Shown piece by piece: positions 24,186 to 25,201 of a DNA stretch of 25,201 nucleotides. The DNA is from a virus (lineage: Duplodnaviria > Caudoviricetes): IMG/VR virus record IMGVR_UViG_3300009095_000065, positions 1-25,201 of that record. One strand, written 5' to 3'. The position numbers and the translations under genes were made by a program. A model generated the notes under the pieces. It did no database searches. It was not told the origin of the DNA and saw only the letters and a program-made list of their open reading frames with translations. Every line of letters starts with the position of its first letter. Position 1 is the stretch's first letter.

Positions 24186-25201
24186 ATGACTGACATATTA
24201 AAAGTATACAAAGGCGATGACGTGGTAGATACTGCAGAACGTGGAGAAAATGGTAAAGCGAAAGTAACAATTGATGGATTAGACGCTAACACTGATTACC
24301 CTACTGGCACTTACCAAGTGTCATTTGAAAATGAAAATGGTGAGTCAGAAAAAGTAGACGTACCATCATTCAAAACAAAACCAATTTCAGTTACAGGCGT
24401 AACTTTATCTAAAGAAAGTTTAACACTTGAACCAGGTGCTAAAGGTTCTATACAAGCAACTGTGCAACCAAGTAACGCTACTAATAAAGGCGTGACGTTC
24501 ACATCAAGCGATGAAGCAGTTGCAACAGTAGACAATAAAGGTGAAATCACTGCTAAAACTGAAGGTAGTGCAGATATCACAGTAACAACTGTAGATGGTG
24601 GCAAAACAGCTAAATGTGAATTAACTGTTGAAAAAGCAGTAGTTAATGTAACTGGCGTAAAGTTAGATAAATCTACTTTATCATTAGAGGAAGGTGCTAC
24701 AGGCAATTTAGTTGCAACAGTTGAACCATCAACTGCTACAGATAAGACAGTTACGTTTGCATCATCTGATGCAGAAGTAGCTACAGTTGATAATAAGGGT
24801 AAAGTAACAGCAGTTAAACCTGGGTCTGCTGACATTACGGTTACAACTAAAGATGGTGGCAAAACAGCTAAATGTGAATTAACAGTAACAGCTAAACAAA
24901 TACCAGTTACTGGTGTGACAATCGCACCTAAGACTGCAAGCGTTGATGTAGATGCAACAACTAAATTAAATAGTACGGTTGCACCATCAACTGCTACAAA
25001 CAAATCAGTATCATATAAAAGCTCTGATGAAGCAGTCGCTACAGTATCAAGTAATGGAACAGTAACAGGAGTTGCAGCAGGAGAAGCAACAATCACTGTA
25101 ACGACTAAGGACGGAAGCAAAACAGATACTTCTATAATCACAGTAACTGAACCAGTAACTGAGCCGGAAAACGTACAAGTTGAAACAACACAAGATAGTG
25201 C
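24186..25201 (+). CDS. Ig-domain virion decoration protein: partial FN3-like N-domain, three Big_2 domains, C-terminal tag (3' truncated; not in ORF track)
   Basis: RBS AAAGGAG; MTDILKVYKGDDVV... is open to the window end; three VTGV...V.PS.AT.K.V.(F/Y).SSD..VATV...G repeats. Confidence 0.9.
   Translation, partial: MTDILKVYKGDDVVDTAERGENGKAKVTIDGLDANTDYPTGTYQVSFENENGESEKVDVPSFKTKPISVTGVTLSKESLTLEPGAKGSIQATVQPSNATNKGVTFTSSDEAVATVDNKGEITAKTEGSADITVTTVDGGKTAKCELTVEKAVVNVTGVKLDKSTLSLEEGATGNLVATVEPSTATDKTVTFASSDAEVATVDNKGKVTAVKPGSADITVTTKDGGKTAKCELTVTAKQIPVTGVTIAPKTASVDVDATTKLNSTVAPSTATNKSVSYKSSDEAVATVSSNGTVTGVAAGEATITVTTKDGSKTDTSIITVTEPVTEPENVQVETTQDS

Larger units (their letters stand above)
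1..25201. mobile_element. Temperate siphovirus prophage, left part (cos-type packaging, HK97-type head)
   Basis: Canonical order of integrase, lysogeny, replication, packaging, head and tail genes; continues past the window end. Confidence 0.97.

Noticed and set aside
24112-24188. Stop readthrough fusing the tail tag to the Ig protein
   Set aside because: The 74-nt offset is out of frame, and a TAA follows in the tag frame.
24311-25141. 276-aa minus-strand ORF in the track
   Set aside because: Antisense shadow of the Thr/Val/Ala-rich Ig gene on the + strand, which the track missed because it has no stop in the window.

Overview
The window is the left ~25 kb of a temperate siphovirus prophage of a low-GC Staphylococcaceae-type host. 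It appears to be integrated at the 3' end of the tmRNA (ssrA) gene, since the window begins with CGCCGTCTCCAT. Module order: integrase, lipoprotein and CI/Cro switch with operators; antirepressor; recombination and replication genes (DUF1071 SSAP, initiator with iterons, loader, DnaB, SSB, HNH, RusA); small accessory genes (MazG-like, YopX, glutaredoxin-like); late activator with 9-bp repeats and a candidate sRNA; cos-type packaging (HNH, TerS, TerL) with an inserted DNA methyltransferase; HK97-type head; connectors; major tail protein; and a truncated Ig-domain protein. Main find: the capsid and tail-tube genes end in the same 22-nt shifty-stop cassette (CCC-TAA). A +1 frameshift would add homologous 20-aa tags that resemble the first two beta-strands of an FN3/Ig fold. 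The next gene starts with what looks like the rest of that fold and ends with a third copy of the tag. This suggests a split-domain, strand-complementation system that decorates both head and tail and may self-polymerise. All family calls come from recognising motifs by eye, not from database searches.
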